A stretch of 64,000 bases of DNA. Origin: Zancudomyces culisetae HAW-14-8 (lineage: Eukaryota; Fungi; Kickxellomycota). Both the position numbers and the translations under genes were made by a program. The stretch is taken from contig JBNJNM010000013.1 in assembly GCA_052426225.1 (NCBI GenBank), positions 62,001-126,000 on the forward strand, given 5' to 3'. The notes beneath the pieces are model-generated. The model was given only the letters and a program-made list of their open reading frames with translations, was not told the origin of the DNA and made no database searches. How positions within the stretch are numbered: the stretch's first letter is position 1; each line of letters opens with the position of its first letter. Shown in pieces: positions 39,419 to 52,556 of the stretch.

Positions 39419-40896
39419 AGTTTAGCTGGTATTGGGATTATACTATCTAAATGCTTCCAATTTTATGTTTTTTTACTCCTTTTGAATTTTAAAATTGTGG
39501 ATTTGTTGTATGTATTTTTTTGTTGTATACTACTCAAGTTTATTTTGTTTAAGGTTAATATAAACAAGACTAAAAGTCGGTATTTCTATGACCTTCCTTT
39601 AAATTCTAATAGGTTAATACTCCACTTAGCGCCGAGAAAAATTTTTTTTTGTCAGAATCACCGCAGCAACACCTCATTTGCTGTAATTAGTAATCAGAAA
39701 CTGCAACCTCTAACCTGCTCAAAGCAAGTTGGGAAAAATTACCAATATAAAAAAATAAATGAAAACAAGAAGGGTGGTTTGCATTTAGGTTTGGTCATGG
39801 ATGTTGTGTTTGCCTTGTTTTGTAGCCATCACCTTGAGCTAATTCTGCAAGATAACTGGTTCCGCTACATTTACCCCAGAAGAACCTGATTAAGCATTTA
39901 AGACAATGGGTTTGAAACTCTCTTCACAGCCATTAACGCATAAAACACACATGTGTACACTTACTGATGGTCTTGTTAGCACCAACCCACGTTCGTGGAC
40001 GCTTTTTTATTGAATGGTATGTCCAACGAGCTACCGACTTGAGAGAATATATGAGGCGCCTTCTTTTCTCTCAAATAGAACAGTGTGTAATCAAATAATG
40101 GTTGGTTCCTCTTTAACTACCAACAAACTTTCAGGGTCACAATTATGATCTTGAGCTGGCTTAGAATATAAAAAAGTGGGAAAGTATATTCCCAGCTCTT
40201 CCACTAGACCCTTCTTCTTCGCTTTATCCCTAGATTTATTCCCTTTACATTTGTTTTATCCCGCATTATTCCTTTTATTGCTGTTTGTTTAAATTGAATT
40301 AATTATTTGACAAAAACAAAAACAAAAACAAAAACAAAGCTCATTTCATTCTCACCCCCCTCCTCCTCCTCGTACTCTCACTCAATACATTCCATATTTC
40401 TATACTGTTTACGCAGTGTAGATAGTGTCTGTTTCTGATTTTTCAGAGATATCTGTGCCATCTTTCAATATCCCAATAGATATTTTCATAGCTGAAAAGT
40501 GGAATTCTATCATATTTTCCCCCAAAATCCAGTACATTATTTTCATTTCCAGCGATTTTTTTGCACAAACCATATTTTTAGAAACTGGTGTTACTATTTC
40601 CAGTGTTACGAAAGCGTATATCTATCCAGTGTGATTGTGCTATTTTTAGACCCCAGAAATATTCATCCTTGTACTATAATCCCTTACAAAGCTTTATGAT
40701 TATCGCTTTTTTGTCATCGAAAAAAATCAAAAAAAAAGAAAACACCCCCACTATAGCACATCTTTGATTTGCATAAACAGTAGAAACATTTGGTTAAGCC
40801 TAAGAACAGGTTTATGATGGCCGTATGATGTGCGTTTGTAAAGCTTCTAATCACTCCTACGAAAAACTTGCTCAAAATTGTATGAAAAGCATCCTG

Positions 40897-40927
40897 TAGG
40901 CTTTTTTAGGCTTTTTTAGGCTTTTTT
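40897..40927. repeat. 10-nt tandem repeat (TAGGCTTTTT) x3
   Basis: tagg cttttttagg cttttttagg cttttt. Confidence 0.8.
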
Positions 40928-43900
40928 CTAATAAATTTGTTTTGGGATTGCGCAAATCTAGTCTATCTTAGACTATACCAAGGTTTTTAAAGTATACATA
41001 TGCTTCAATTTCATTTTTACATTATGAATATCATCGCTCATGTATGGTTGTGTCACTAATGTGCAAGTATGTGCTTTTTCACATAGACTGTGTTGGATTC
41101 AATTTAGCATGATTCATGTCTTTTAATCAGGTAAGTGACGCAATAAAAAAAACTCGCTGTTAAAAGAGCTACTCGAATAAAAACAGTGTTATAAATGAAC
41201 CGACTCTTTCAGAGACAACCAGCTTTGGTCTAGAATCCATTCTCTAAAATTAAAATATATACTTTTCTATTGGGTCACCGCTTCAAAGACCCGCTTATTT
41301 GCTTCAGGAATCCGCGCTAGGCCACCCTTTTTTTAAGAAAGCACACCAATTTTTTGGTTAGAAGCGGGGGTGTTGTCATCCTATTTAACCTATTTATACT
41401 TTTATACTTCATTTCTAGTCGAAAGAGCACTTCGAGGATACTGAAAATGGTGTATATATCAGAATGTGAATGTTGGTCGCCAGCAGCTACTTCTTGTTAG
41501 ATGTTATGCTTTTCGGTTCAATAGCCCGCCTCGCTACGTTTACTTGTGATAATCCGTAAATAATCTATGATCACTACAGTTGAATTTATGTGTTGATACT
41601 CCCTACGTAGCTAAATGCTGAAATTCGAGAAAACAGTACTTGTTAATAATACTCTAAAAGTATTTGAAAAATTTATGACTAGAAATAATATATAATGTTT
41701 AACAACCAGTGTTAAAGTGTTGAGCACTTTCCATGCTTAGTTCAGGTAATGCTCATACCCATCCTAAAAATAAACCCAATGAGGTAAACATACATCTAAG
41801 TGATAACATTTTGAGTTTACTTTTACACTTTTACACTTTACAGCATGCTCAAGTTTAAAATAAGAGTTATACGATACGCTCAATAATTCATACATAATTT
41901 TCTACACAAGGATATGTATTTACATTAGAAATACAAGTACTCTTTTGATATAGTCATGTTCCCAGAAATAGAGGAAATATTGAGGATTATAAACGACAAA
42001 CATTTTTTAATCAGCAATCAGTAATTATGAGGTGAATTGTTGATATAAACACACAGGAGAAGAATAAACTTGGGTTTTTGAATAATCATGAACATATCTA
42101 TCTATCTCGACAGATAAAAAAAATCTAGATTTTGCCTCGACCAATGTATACTTTACCTTGATTCCCACAAACATACATAGCAGGAGACGTGTGCCATATG
42201 TGGTACCAGATTCTGAGTTTGTGTATACACACTAGCAGTGATATTGGTACGGTAGCAAAATAGGTGTACTTACAAAGTCAGCTCACCTTACAATCATTAT
42301 ATTTGTTTGGGTTTTTAATTGTTACTAACTACGCTTAACATACATATGATTGACAAAGAACATATTTATAAAAGACTACAGGCTAAGGGATATGGCGCAA
42401 CTGATTATTACTCTATATATTTCGAACAAGGTGGGCCTGGTTAAATGTCTTTTTTTTTTGTAGACACTAAGTGTATTTCTGATCAGTTATATGAGTTTCT
42501 TTCTTGAAACTTAATAGGCACAAGAGGTTGTTTGCTCGTATGTTTTTATATTCTTATTACTTAGTGTGTCATTTTTGTGTTGTGCTAAACCTTTTGACAC
42601 ATGGATTTATAAACCAAAATAAAAGAGTTCACTAACCCTAGTAGAGTGACTATCGTTATCAACAATGACTTAATATTGTAAAAAATCTTTAACTCTGGTT
42701 TCTTAGTAACAGAGTCCCGACAAATATTTTTGCTCGCCAACTTTGTTTGAGTATTTGATAAGCATATTTCACACAAAAAAAAAACCTTAATTGATTGGAA
42801 TTATGCATAGCAGCTTAGATAAACCCTGAAAATTTCCACTATGGAACTTTGTAACAAGAAAACCCACTGTAAACACGACCAAACACCATTTTACTTACTA
42901 AAATGCAAATCTACACATTACTATATGTTAACACTACCGTACTTTGTCTGAATAGACGGGACCTCCCTCTGCAGCGCGGCACAGTATACCTGCAAAATTT
43001 ATATCTGTCATTCTGTTTTGTTTTCTTGCAGATATGGTGACAAACCCGACATTTTTATGTCACTGGTGTTCATTCTTTAGCTTGGGATTCACATTATTTC
43101 AAGTTCACATGCGTACATCACGTGTTTTTAAAATGAATGCACATCCTATAGTTTTTACTTGCGGGTTGAATAGACATGCAGCAAAACAAATGCATGAGTC
43201 TGAGTACTACAGCTGTAACAAAGTTAGTGGTGATTTATAAGCAAGGTTACATTCCCAGCGTTTTTGTGGTGCAATCAATGTGGGGATTTGTTCAGCAGAT
43301 TACCAAGCTGGAACAATTGTTTGTGGTTTAAAAAATACGCAATTTGTTCCCTACAAAATCCAACAAAGTTCGGAAACTAACAGAAGGAAGTATGGACCCA
43401 TAAAAAAAATAACAACCAAACGAGCGAGGGACTCTCAAGAAGGAGAGGGCGAGGACACCTATCCGATTGGGAAAACATATTTTCATTGTTGTATTTTTTT
43501 TCCCAGACCCTTGATGAGTATGCCAATTTCAAACAAAAGTGTGCTTATTGTTTGGCATTTTGTAAACATTGTTGTTGTTTGTAGTCTAAATTTGTAGATG
43601 GCAAACAAATTTCAAAATAAAAAAGACCAACTAAACTAGCATTTATCTAATCCAAATAAAAAACGATTTATAGAATAATAGCAAGTTAAAATGAGCAATA
43701 GCTAGAAAATGTGAATATGACCAAAATCTGGCTGAAATTGGTGCATAAATGCTAATCTATCGTGGGGATTCACCAGTACAGGTCATAGATAAAAATAAAT
43801 TAAAATAGCTCAAATTTAGCATTCCCGCCATCCATCACAGACACATTGTAAGTATAAAAAGAAAGGATTTGCAGTAGAAGTGCTACCACAACTATATGCA

Positions 43901-44158
43901 AAGGTTGTTTCATTGTACGACCAGTTTTAACATACATTATCAAGGATATATTCACTTTCTTTTTTCTTTTGTGTTACTTTTTTTTTTAAGGGTATATTTT
44001 TTAACCACCTTAAGATATAAGAACTTGTCACTTTTCAAAAGAGAAACCGGAAAGAAATATTTTATAGTATTCACTATAAAGGAGAAATTTTTTATCTTTA
44101 ACCAGGCAAGATCGAATAACCAAGCATCTGTGGTAAATAGGCATTGGTATTAAAAAAA

Positions 44159-45249
44159 ATGGAGGAAACTATCAATAACGATATTTATATGTTAAGGGAG
44201 GAGGTTGAAAAGGTATTTCAGATGATATATATGTTGGTACAAGAGATATTGTCAAATATCAACTTTTGTGAGTTGTATACAGGATTAATCACAAAGAAAA
44301 AAGAACTGAGTATGGATTATTCTCTAATTAACGGAAATAGTTAAAAAAGCAAAAGATATGCCTCGAAATCGCGTTAGAGCAAGAGCAAGAGAGAATAGTT
44401 AATCATTTGCAGAGGTAAGGGGAGCGAAAAATATTGCTTATTTATATTAATAGAATCTTACTGGTATACAAAAAGAGAGTTAATAGTGACAATATAGAAG
44501 CAAGTCTGATAAATAGTAGAACTAAAGCTACAAATAACAAAAAAAACACTAATTCACTTAGAGGTAGCTTATCAGTACCATTTCCACCCCGTACCACTGT
44601 TACTCTAGATTACAATAATGGTGCACAGTGCTTAAATGAGTCTTTAAAGGCTGAAATCTTATTTCTAAGAGGTAGACAGTCGGAATTGGAAAAAGAATGT
44701 ACGTCACTGATCCAAATAAATACATTACAACTAAAACAAACTACTTTTATTTCTAACCCAGCATCTACTAATTTATTGTGTGCATGTATATGTTTTGTGT
44801 CGTACAAAATAGTGCTTTTCTCGCAGAGAAAAAACGAAATGTATAAAAAAGAACTAATTCAATTCAGAAAGAAAAACGCCATGCCTATTGATGATCTGGT
44901 AGGCACGGGGGAGATGGTGATACCTATAAACAACCAGAGATATCTAAGTTCTCGGCCGCGCTTTTATGTAAGTTCATGTTTGTACTTCGTAATAATAGGG
45001 GGGAATTGTAGAGTAATGATGGTAGCGAAATAAAAAAGAGATCAACCGAAAAAAAATTGAATCTTTTTTTTCATAAAACACTAGACAAATAGAGACGCAG
45101 AGTTGTATCCCATAATCACCCCCAAACGGCCGGGTTCAAGGAGTAACTCTTTATCCAGGGGGACGTATAGCATGAGTCGATATAGATGTGCTAGCTCAGG
45201 TTCCGACATAAACTCAGATATCTACATGGATTTTGATAAGAGTTTATGA
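44159..45249 (+). CDS. Coiled-coil protein, CCDC6/H4 (DUF2046)-like, about 5 exons
   Basis: Spliced MEETINNDIYMLREEVEK|LKKQKICLEIALEQEQERIVNHLQR...LKAEILFLRGRQSELEKE, with canonical GT-AG junctions. The LEQEQE-x-IVN-x-L motif resembles CCDC6. Confidence 0.65.
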
Positions 45250-48200
45250 GAGCAAAAGTGGTGGCAAAGGGCGTCAGAAAAATAATTTAGTCTTGTCTTT
45301 TTCTATTTTTGTACCAATTGTAGTAAGTTTTAGTGCCCCCCCCCCCCCACAAACTTTGTTTAGCGATATTTGTATTTTTTTTTCCGAATGAGTCAGTCTG
45401 GGAATAAATTGAATTTAGCATTAATCTCATACGTTTTATCAGTATTTTTCATTTTTTTATTTTTTATATTTTTCAAAAAATTTGAGGCGAGATACATTGG
45501 TGAAAGCACAACATCTGGTTAGGAGTCTTAAGCTCAACACCATAATTAATGTTATCCTCTGCAGATTGTTTTTAGGCATTAGCTATTATATTTTCCCTTT
45601 AAACCAACAGTTTGCATGCTATACTCAAAGCGAGTTAGATTGATCATACTGGTGTGGGAAGGGGAAATGAATATATCTGTTTTGGATCAGTTTTTTTTGT
45701 ATGTGAATTAATCTTTGGCTAACAGTGTTACGCGATTTATGAAGGTTGAGTAAAATTTGTCAGGATGTGGTTATGCACATGTTTTGATTTGTTCAAGTAC
45801 TAGCAACTCATTCGCCAGTAACGTGTTTTGCTTAAAGTCCGTTTTTGGCAATTACCAAATAAGCAACAAGAACTCGATTTAGCAGTAAATCACGAATTTT
45901 TGCGAAAAGAAAAAAAATGGTACAAAAAAAAAGCGAAATTAAAACCAAGCATTGTTGTTGAATTTGTGGGTGTGTATTTTGTAAAAGTGTAGAGATTGTG
46001 CATATCAGCCGATTTTATCTAGAAAATCACAGAATTTGTAATGCTACTGAACAAAAATACAGCCAAAAGGGAAAGTCTTCAAACAAACCTTAATTATGTT
46101 GCTGTATCTCTGTTGAATTAAATGAGTAAAATATTTAAAGTCACAAAATTAGCCAACGTTAGCGCAAGTCGCCACTCGCCTCTCTCCTCAGCATTGCTAT
46201 ATACATAAAAAACGTGACACATTCGAGAAACAAACAAGAACTGTGATTATATTTAGGTGTTGGATTCTTTTGCTCTAAAGAATTTTTCAAATATTTTGCA
46301 CTGCGGGGAATTTGGGGATTCGAAAAGAATTTGCGAGTGAACTTAATGGCGGCTTTTTTCTTGTATGTGCTGATTTTGTGGACTGTATCAAGGTGTATAC
46401 GATGCTACACACAATTCATGAGCTTTGCATAAACTGAAATCCACAAACTGCGTGGATTGTGGTGTAAGCTCGTATTTTGCCTTTTTTTGCTCGTTTTTTT
46501 CTTTCTCCCATTTACCATATTAATACCTTTAAGCTAATGCAACTCAGAAAAAGTCTAACCCTTCATTGCTATTATCAAAACGCGGCTTTACTCTAGGTTG
46601 GAAGTGTTTACATATATAATTGAAAATATGACTACCAAAAATAGACGCAGTTTTTTGGGAATAAACGTTTGAAAGCTGCTACTGTCTATACATTTTAACA
46701 GGTGAAAAAGGCGTATATGTTAGTTATTTTTTTTCTAGCTTGAATAGATTACAAAACAAGTTCAACAGTACACTATTATTGAACTTTAAAGGAGTAAAAA
46801 CAAAAAGAATAAGAGTACAATGGTAGTATATGTAATAATTAGTACAAGAGTTTGTAGACTTGTTCAGCTGCTGGTGCAGTATATTAAAAAATGTGCAAGT
46901 TGAAAGAGATCAACTGGCCAACTGGTCAAGTCGACTGACTGTTAAACTCGTAATTACTGATCAAGTACCTGTATATTTAGGTACAGCGTCAGACCAATAC
47001 CTAATGGTACCACTAGGTAAGAAAGCTACTAAAGCCTCATCTACTAACTGGTAGACCTTTTTGTTGGTGTTTTTGATTTGCGTAAGTGTTCAGGGTTTTG
47101 CCCATACATCCAAATTCACGACCAGAGGAACATCGAAGGCCAGGGTTGCACCAATTTAAGATTTAAGAGCACGGTTTTTTTCCAAGAGGATTTTTGGGTG
47201 GGATTGGGATGCAAACCTAAATCATCAATATTTTCTAAATAACCAAAACAAGTAAATTGAATTGAATTAACAGCCAATCGAAGTTGTAGACATGAAAAGA
47301 ATTTACTGCTAAAAATGGGAAATGACATAATATGCGAGAAAATTTTGGCGTCACCGATAATTTTTTTTCTTTTTTTATTTTATTAATACACCTTTTTTTG
47401 GGCAACAAAACATAAAAAAGGGACGAGAAAATAATTTGTGCTATTTCGCAATTATTTATTTATTATTTTTTGTTTTTGTTTTTGTATTTACTACTGCTAA
47501 TATTGTTGTAAATGTTATCTTGAACGAAAAATAAACGTGATAATTCGTTTTCTGCTTTTTGTTTACAAACTGAACGAATTCCATTGGTAAACACACATCT
47601 GATATTCAATTTCAAGAATCCCAAACACCAAAAAAAATAAATTCTAATAGCACGTAAAATAGAAATATAAACATCGAGTGGATATAGTAATAACAATAAT
47701 TGGAAAAAAAAGTCGAGGATGATATAAAAACAAAATGAATATTGTTTAATAAGGGGGGATAACCAAGGCAAACAATCCATCTTAATATTCAAAAAAAAAA
47801 CACATCATAAATTAGGTATGGGAACCAGAAAAAGCCGAAATTTGACTGCAAAAGATTGCAAAAATATGTAATAGATGGGGAGAGAAAGAAAAGCAACTAC
47901 TCAGAAAAGACGAGAAAAAAACCCTCCCGTAGGTGAAATTTGCGTGCATTTATGGTGCCGTGATTGCGTCCATTTTTATTTTTTTTGCATTTTTTTTTTC
48001 GTTCCATCTTGGTAAATAGTTCATGAATCACCAAATTGTAAATTCTATATTTTATTATTTGAAAAAATTAGGAGGAATAAAAGCTTGAGAGAGATTTGTG
48101 GAATGAATTTGATAGAAATATACCATTGACCATTGATAGTTTTTTTTTTTTGTAAAGCGGAGAGTACAATAAAAACAAAATATAAACCATATAAATTATT

Positions 48201-48875
48201 ACTATAACCTCTTAACATAGTTATTATTCAAAGTATTCAGAGGGGGAGCATATATTATATTGAAACATAAAGGCATTGCAGCACTTCAAGCAGACATATA
48301 GACAAAAATAACATATAAATATTATAGAAAGGGCTAAAGAAAATAAACAGCAAAAAAAAGGACTAGCTACTGGGTTGGGTATAAGGGAATAGAAGCGGTA
48401 GTCAGAATACGCACAAAGAGTGACACGGTAAGAATAAAAGAGTAGTAATTTTAGTTCATATATTAAGGAAACAAGGAAACATCACCATGCAGAAGGCTGT
48501 GTAGTGAAGGGTGGTGGTGGTAAAGTAACACAAGCGAGGGAAAAAGGAGAAGAAGGAAAAGATAAAACGGATTATAGCTAATACTCATTTCATTTTGCTT
48601 TTCTTCTTCAATGTCTAAAGACACAGGTGGATGAGTGAAAAATGAAATGGGTTTAAAAGCAGTAACTCAAGAATAAATTCAGAATCTTGGATTGAGTTGA
48701 ATAAATGGTTGTATACAATATATCATTAAAACCTCAATTTTCTTTCTAATAGTATTATACTATTCTCTAAATTAGAATTGTACTAGAAAAGCCAGAGGGA
48801 AAAGTATTTTTACAAGTTGGTAAAAAGAAGACTTGACTAGAAAAAAGGCAAAAAGCGAAAAAAAAAAAGACAGAA

Positions 48876-50480
48876 ATGACACAAGTTCTAGTGTTGGTTG
48901 GACTTCCGGGATGTGGAAAGACTATTTTCAGTAGCCGGGTAGTTGCGCTTAATGCTGGATGGGTGTGCATAAACCAAGATGTCATTGGAAGTAGATCAGT
49001 GTGCGAAACGGAGGCACTCAAGGCATTAAAAGCGGTAAGTACAACTGTTTTTTTAGATGCCTCTGCATTTTTTTTCTTTGTTGAAGGGGGGTGGGGGAGA
49101 AGTGGGAAAGCGATATCAACTTTAGGGTGGTATGCCACGTTTATGAATAGTATTAGAAAATATATACTTATGTATTTGGGTTTGGTTAAATAGGGGAAAA
49201 AAGTGATAATAGATAGATGTAATTTTGATGAAGATGAAAGAAAGATCTGGGTAAAAGTTGCAGAGGAGGTCAGGTGTCCAATCGACTCGTTGTTCTTTGC
49301 AGTAAATGCAAAGGTATGTAAGGAGCGCGTCAAGAACCGTAAGGGGCATCCAAGTGGGGTTGAAGGCAAGTTTGGGGCGGAGGTGGTGGCACGGTTTGAT
49401 AGAATCATGACAAGACCATCGACATATGAAGGGTTCAGATTTTGTCATGATATTCTTCCGCACTTGAACATTAGCGGTGGATCCACAATAGAAGCAATAT
49501 ATTGTGCAGAATCTATTAAAAAAATCATTGCATTGTTCCCACCAGCAAAGGCACCAGAGCCATGCCACAAGCACGAGGAGAAAAAACCAGGACCATGTCC
49601 ACCAAATATCAAGGTAGAAGTGGATATTGAAAAGACTAAAAAAGTAGAAATTGATGTAACCGAAAGCAAAAAGAAGGAATGTGTTGAAGTAAAGACCAGC
49701 GAAGGGGCAAAGAAGATTGAGGTTGATGTCAAGGTAGAATCTAAGGATAAGAAGCCAGCGCCACCACCACAGTCAACACAGGTTACCTACAGTAAGACTA
49801 GCGACGAGTTTTGGTCGGCACCATGGGCAAACAAGCAGCTGACTGTAATCAAGCCCAACGAAGGATTTGGAACATACAAGGAAACCAAGGCGATGTGGGA
49901 AGATGAGCAACATACACAACACTTCAACCACTCGTTGTTTAACGAGCAAGCTGAGCGCGAGGACGGCAAGGGAAGAAAGGTCGAGAAGCGCAGTAGACAT
50001 TTGCAGCATTCAGATCATATGGTCAATCCAACACGCGGCACAGCTCGGGCTTTCGATCACATGACGCTTGACAAGGACCAGAAGGGTCATCAAATGAACG
50101 GTGATGGCACCAAAGAGCATTTCCATGACAAGACACACTTCCATCATCAGCATGAGCACGAAGAAGATGTCAAGATGGGCCTTGCACGAACCTACGAGCA
50201 CAAACACATGTCCAACATCAGGCACATCCACAAGGGCGACCCAGACAAGGCACGTACCGAGGCGTTTGAACATCGTTCATTCAACTATGCGTTTAAGGGT
50301 GGATCCGGCCTTGATCCCGAGAAAATCATGATGAGTTCGTCCAAAAACAAGTTGCGCTTTGAAGATGAAATCAAGGCCAGTTTCCACAACCTGCCTATGC
50401 AGGAGCGATTCAAGTTTGTTCAAAACGTAAAGTGGGAAACTGAATTGCCTACAAAACCCAACTTTAGTGTTTTTAAATAA
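48876..50480 (+). CDS. P-loop (AAA_33/PNK-type) kinase domain fused to a Lys/Glu/Val linker and a His-rich C-terminal domain (intron 49035-49193)
   Basis: LVGLPGCGKT Walker A, INQDVIGSR, VIIDRCNFD, CKERVKNRKGHP and PSTYEGF motifs. Confidence 0.85.
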
Positions 50481-50598
50481 TTCTTATCATTCAAAAATGT
50501 TATACCCATATATATTATGCTAAATAAAAACAAACTCAATAAACCAGTTTTTTTAAAAAAAACAAAAACAAAAACAAAAACAAAACAGAGAAAAACAC

Positions 50599-52040
50599 CT
50601 ATTTAAACAGCTTCCTAATCGATACATTGCTGTCTGAATCCTTCTTCATCACCTTTGAAACGGCCAGCTCGAAATCTTCCTGTGTTACATGGACTCGGCG
50701 CTCTCGCAACGCGTACATTCCTGCTTCAGTGCACACACCCTTGACTTCTGCTCCACTAGAACCTGTCATCATTTCTGCAACCTTTCGTAGGTTGATTCCA
50801 CGTGTCAGATTCATCTTGCGCGAGTGAATCTTCAAAATATCGTGTCTGGCTGCCTCGTTCGGTGGTGGAAACTCGATTTTGCGGTCAATACGCCCGGGTC
50901 TCAGCAATGCTGAATCCAGAATATCTATTCTGTTTGTTGCCATAATCACCTTGATATCTTGTGTCGGCTCAAATCCGTCCAGCTGATTTAGCAACTCCAA
51001 CATTGTGCGCTGAACTTCAGAGTCTCCTCCTCCTGTCCCCGACTCTCCACGAGACGATCCTATCGAGTCTATTTCATCCATAAAGATGATGGATGGTGCA
51101 TGCTCTCTTGCCATCACAAACAGCTCACGCACCATTCTGCTTCCTTCACCAATGTATTTTTGTACCAACTCTGATCCAGATACCCTAATAAACTTACAGT
51201 CTGTGTGGTGCGCCACTGCTCTTGCCAAAAGCGTCTTTCCTGTTCCTGGTGGTCCATACAGGAGCACTCCCTTAGGCTGTGCTATTCCAAGCGCCTCGAA
51301 CAATTCTGGATGCTTTACTGGCAGCTCTATCACCTCTTTAATCTCTTTAATTTGCTTGTCCAATCCTCCTACCATATCATATGTAGAATCAGGCACCTTT
51401 TCCACCATCATAAGACTCACCAATGGATCCACATTGCTTGGAAGAATCTTGTGTAGAACGTAGGAATCTGACCGAAGTGCCACTCGTGTTGAGGCTGTCA
51501 GCTTGGCTATGTCAACCTCTGGTGCGATATCTGCTATGTACTTGCCATCTGGCTGGATCTTTACCAATACCTTCTTTTTACCCATCAATTTCACTACTTC
51601 TCCGACCAATGAACCTGGTTCTTGTAGTAATTCCAGCTCTTCTTTCAGCATCCGCACTATTTTTTTTTATAATCCCATTTTCTTTTAATCATGCAAAATT
51701 TACCTTTTCTCCACTTCAAGCTTTCAACAACAAACAGTAAGACCGTAAAACAAAAAAAAAACACACAGTTCTAGAAGTTTATCTCTTTGAATATTGCTTT
51801 TCATACATATACCTAACTATTGTCATTATAATTTATAGTCTTACCTCTTCCATTTAAAATATTTCTTTGTGCTTCCAATCTCTTCAGATTGTTCTTTTTT
51901 TCTACTATAAGCTGCTCGCATTTTTGTATTTTGCTCTGGTAGAAATCCTCAACTTCCTTTCGTTCCTCTTCCTTCGAGCTTTCCATCATACCGTGCAGCT
52001 CTTTCTTATTTATCCCTTGCTCAACCATTACCTGTGCCAT
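50599..52040 (-). CDS. RPT6: 26S proteasome AAA ATPase Rpt6 (2 exons)
   Basis: [60 protein letters not shown] and C-terminal KLFK. Confidence 0.97.
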
Positions 52041-52556
52041 TTTGCCGATTGTTATATTTTACTAGAATTAATAGACTGGGTTGAATAAACGCAATCTAGT
52101 TATTTATTTAGGCATTTATTTCGTAAGCATTTTTTTTTTCGCTCTTGAATTTCTCTGCCTTATTTGCAACCCAACCACATTTCCAAAATTCTTTTTCATT
52201 TGTTTATTATTATTTTTTTTTGCTTCCCTCGCCAAATCTTTTACGTCAGCACAAAGCTAGGCTAATTTGCAAAACCAATATGCTAGAATAGTTACAACGA
52301 ATGAAATCACAAAAAAAGTCTCACAAATACTATAACACTGGGTTTTACTACTCTCTACGCATCCTCTATTCAAAAAAAAGAGCTATATCCAGGCATGTTC
52401 AACCCGAATGGTGCATATATATGAATGGATATTTATTTTACCACAATTCTTAATAATCTACAGCATATAACCTGGGATAGTTCCTCCCCCCTCGTCCCTT
52501 AGAAAGATAAACATATAAAAATAAAGCACACACACACATACACACACACCTGATAC

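Noticed and set aside
1959-43725. Recurrent TGACCAA (Homol-D-like) motif
   Set aside because: The number of copies seen is about what chance predicts for this composition.
46820-46945. C-A-S-TGA (CxxU-like) reading frame
   Set aside because: The frame closes 14 codons later with no Rdx/SelH-type downstream motifs and no SECIS seen.
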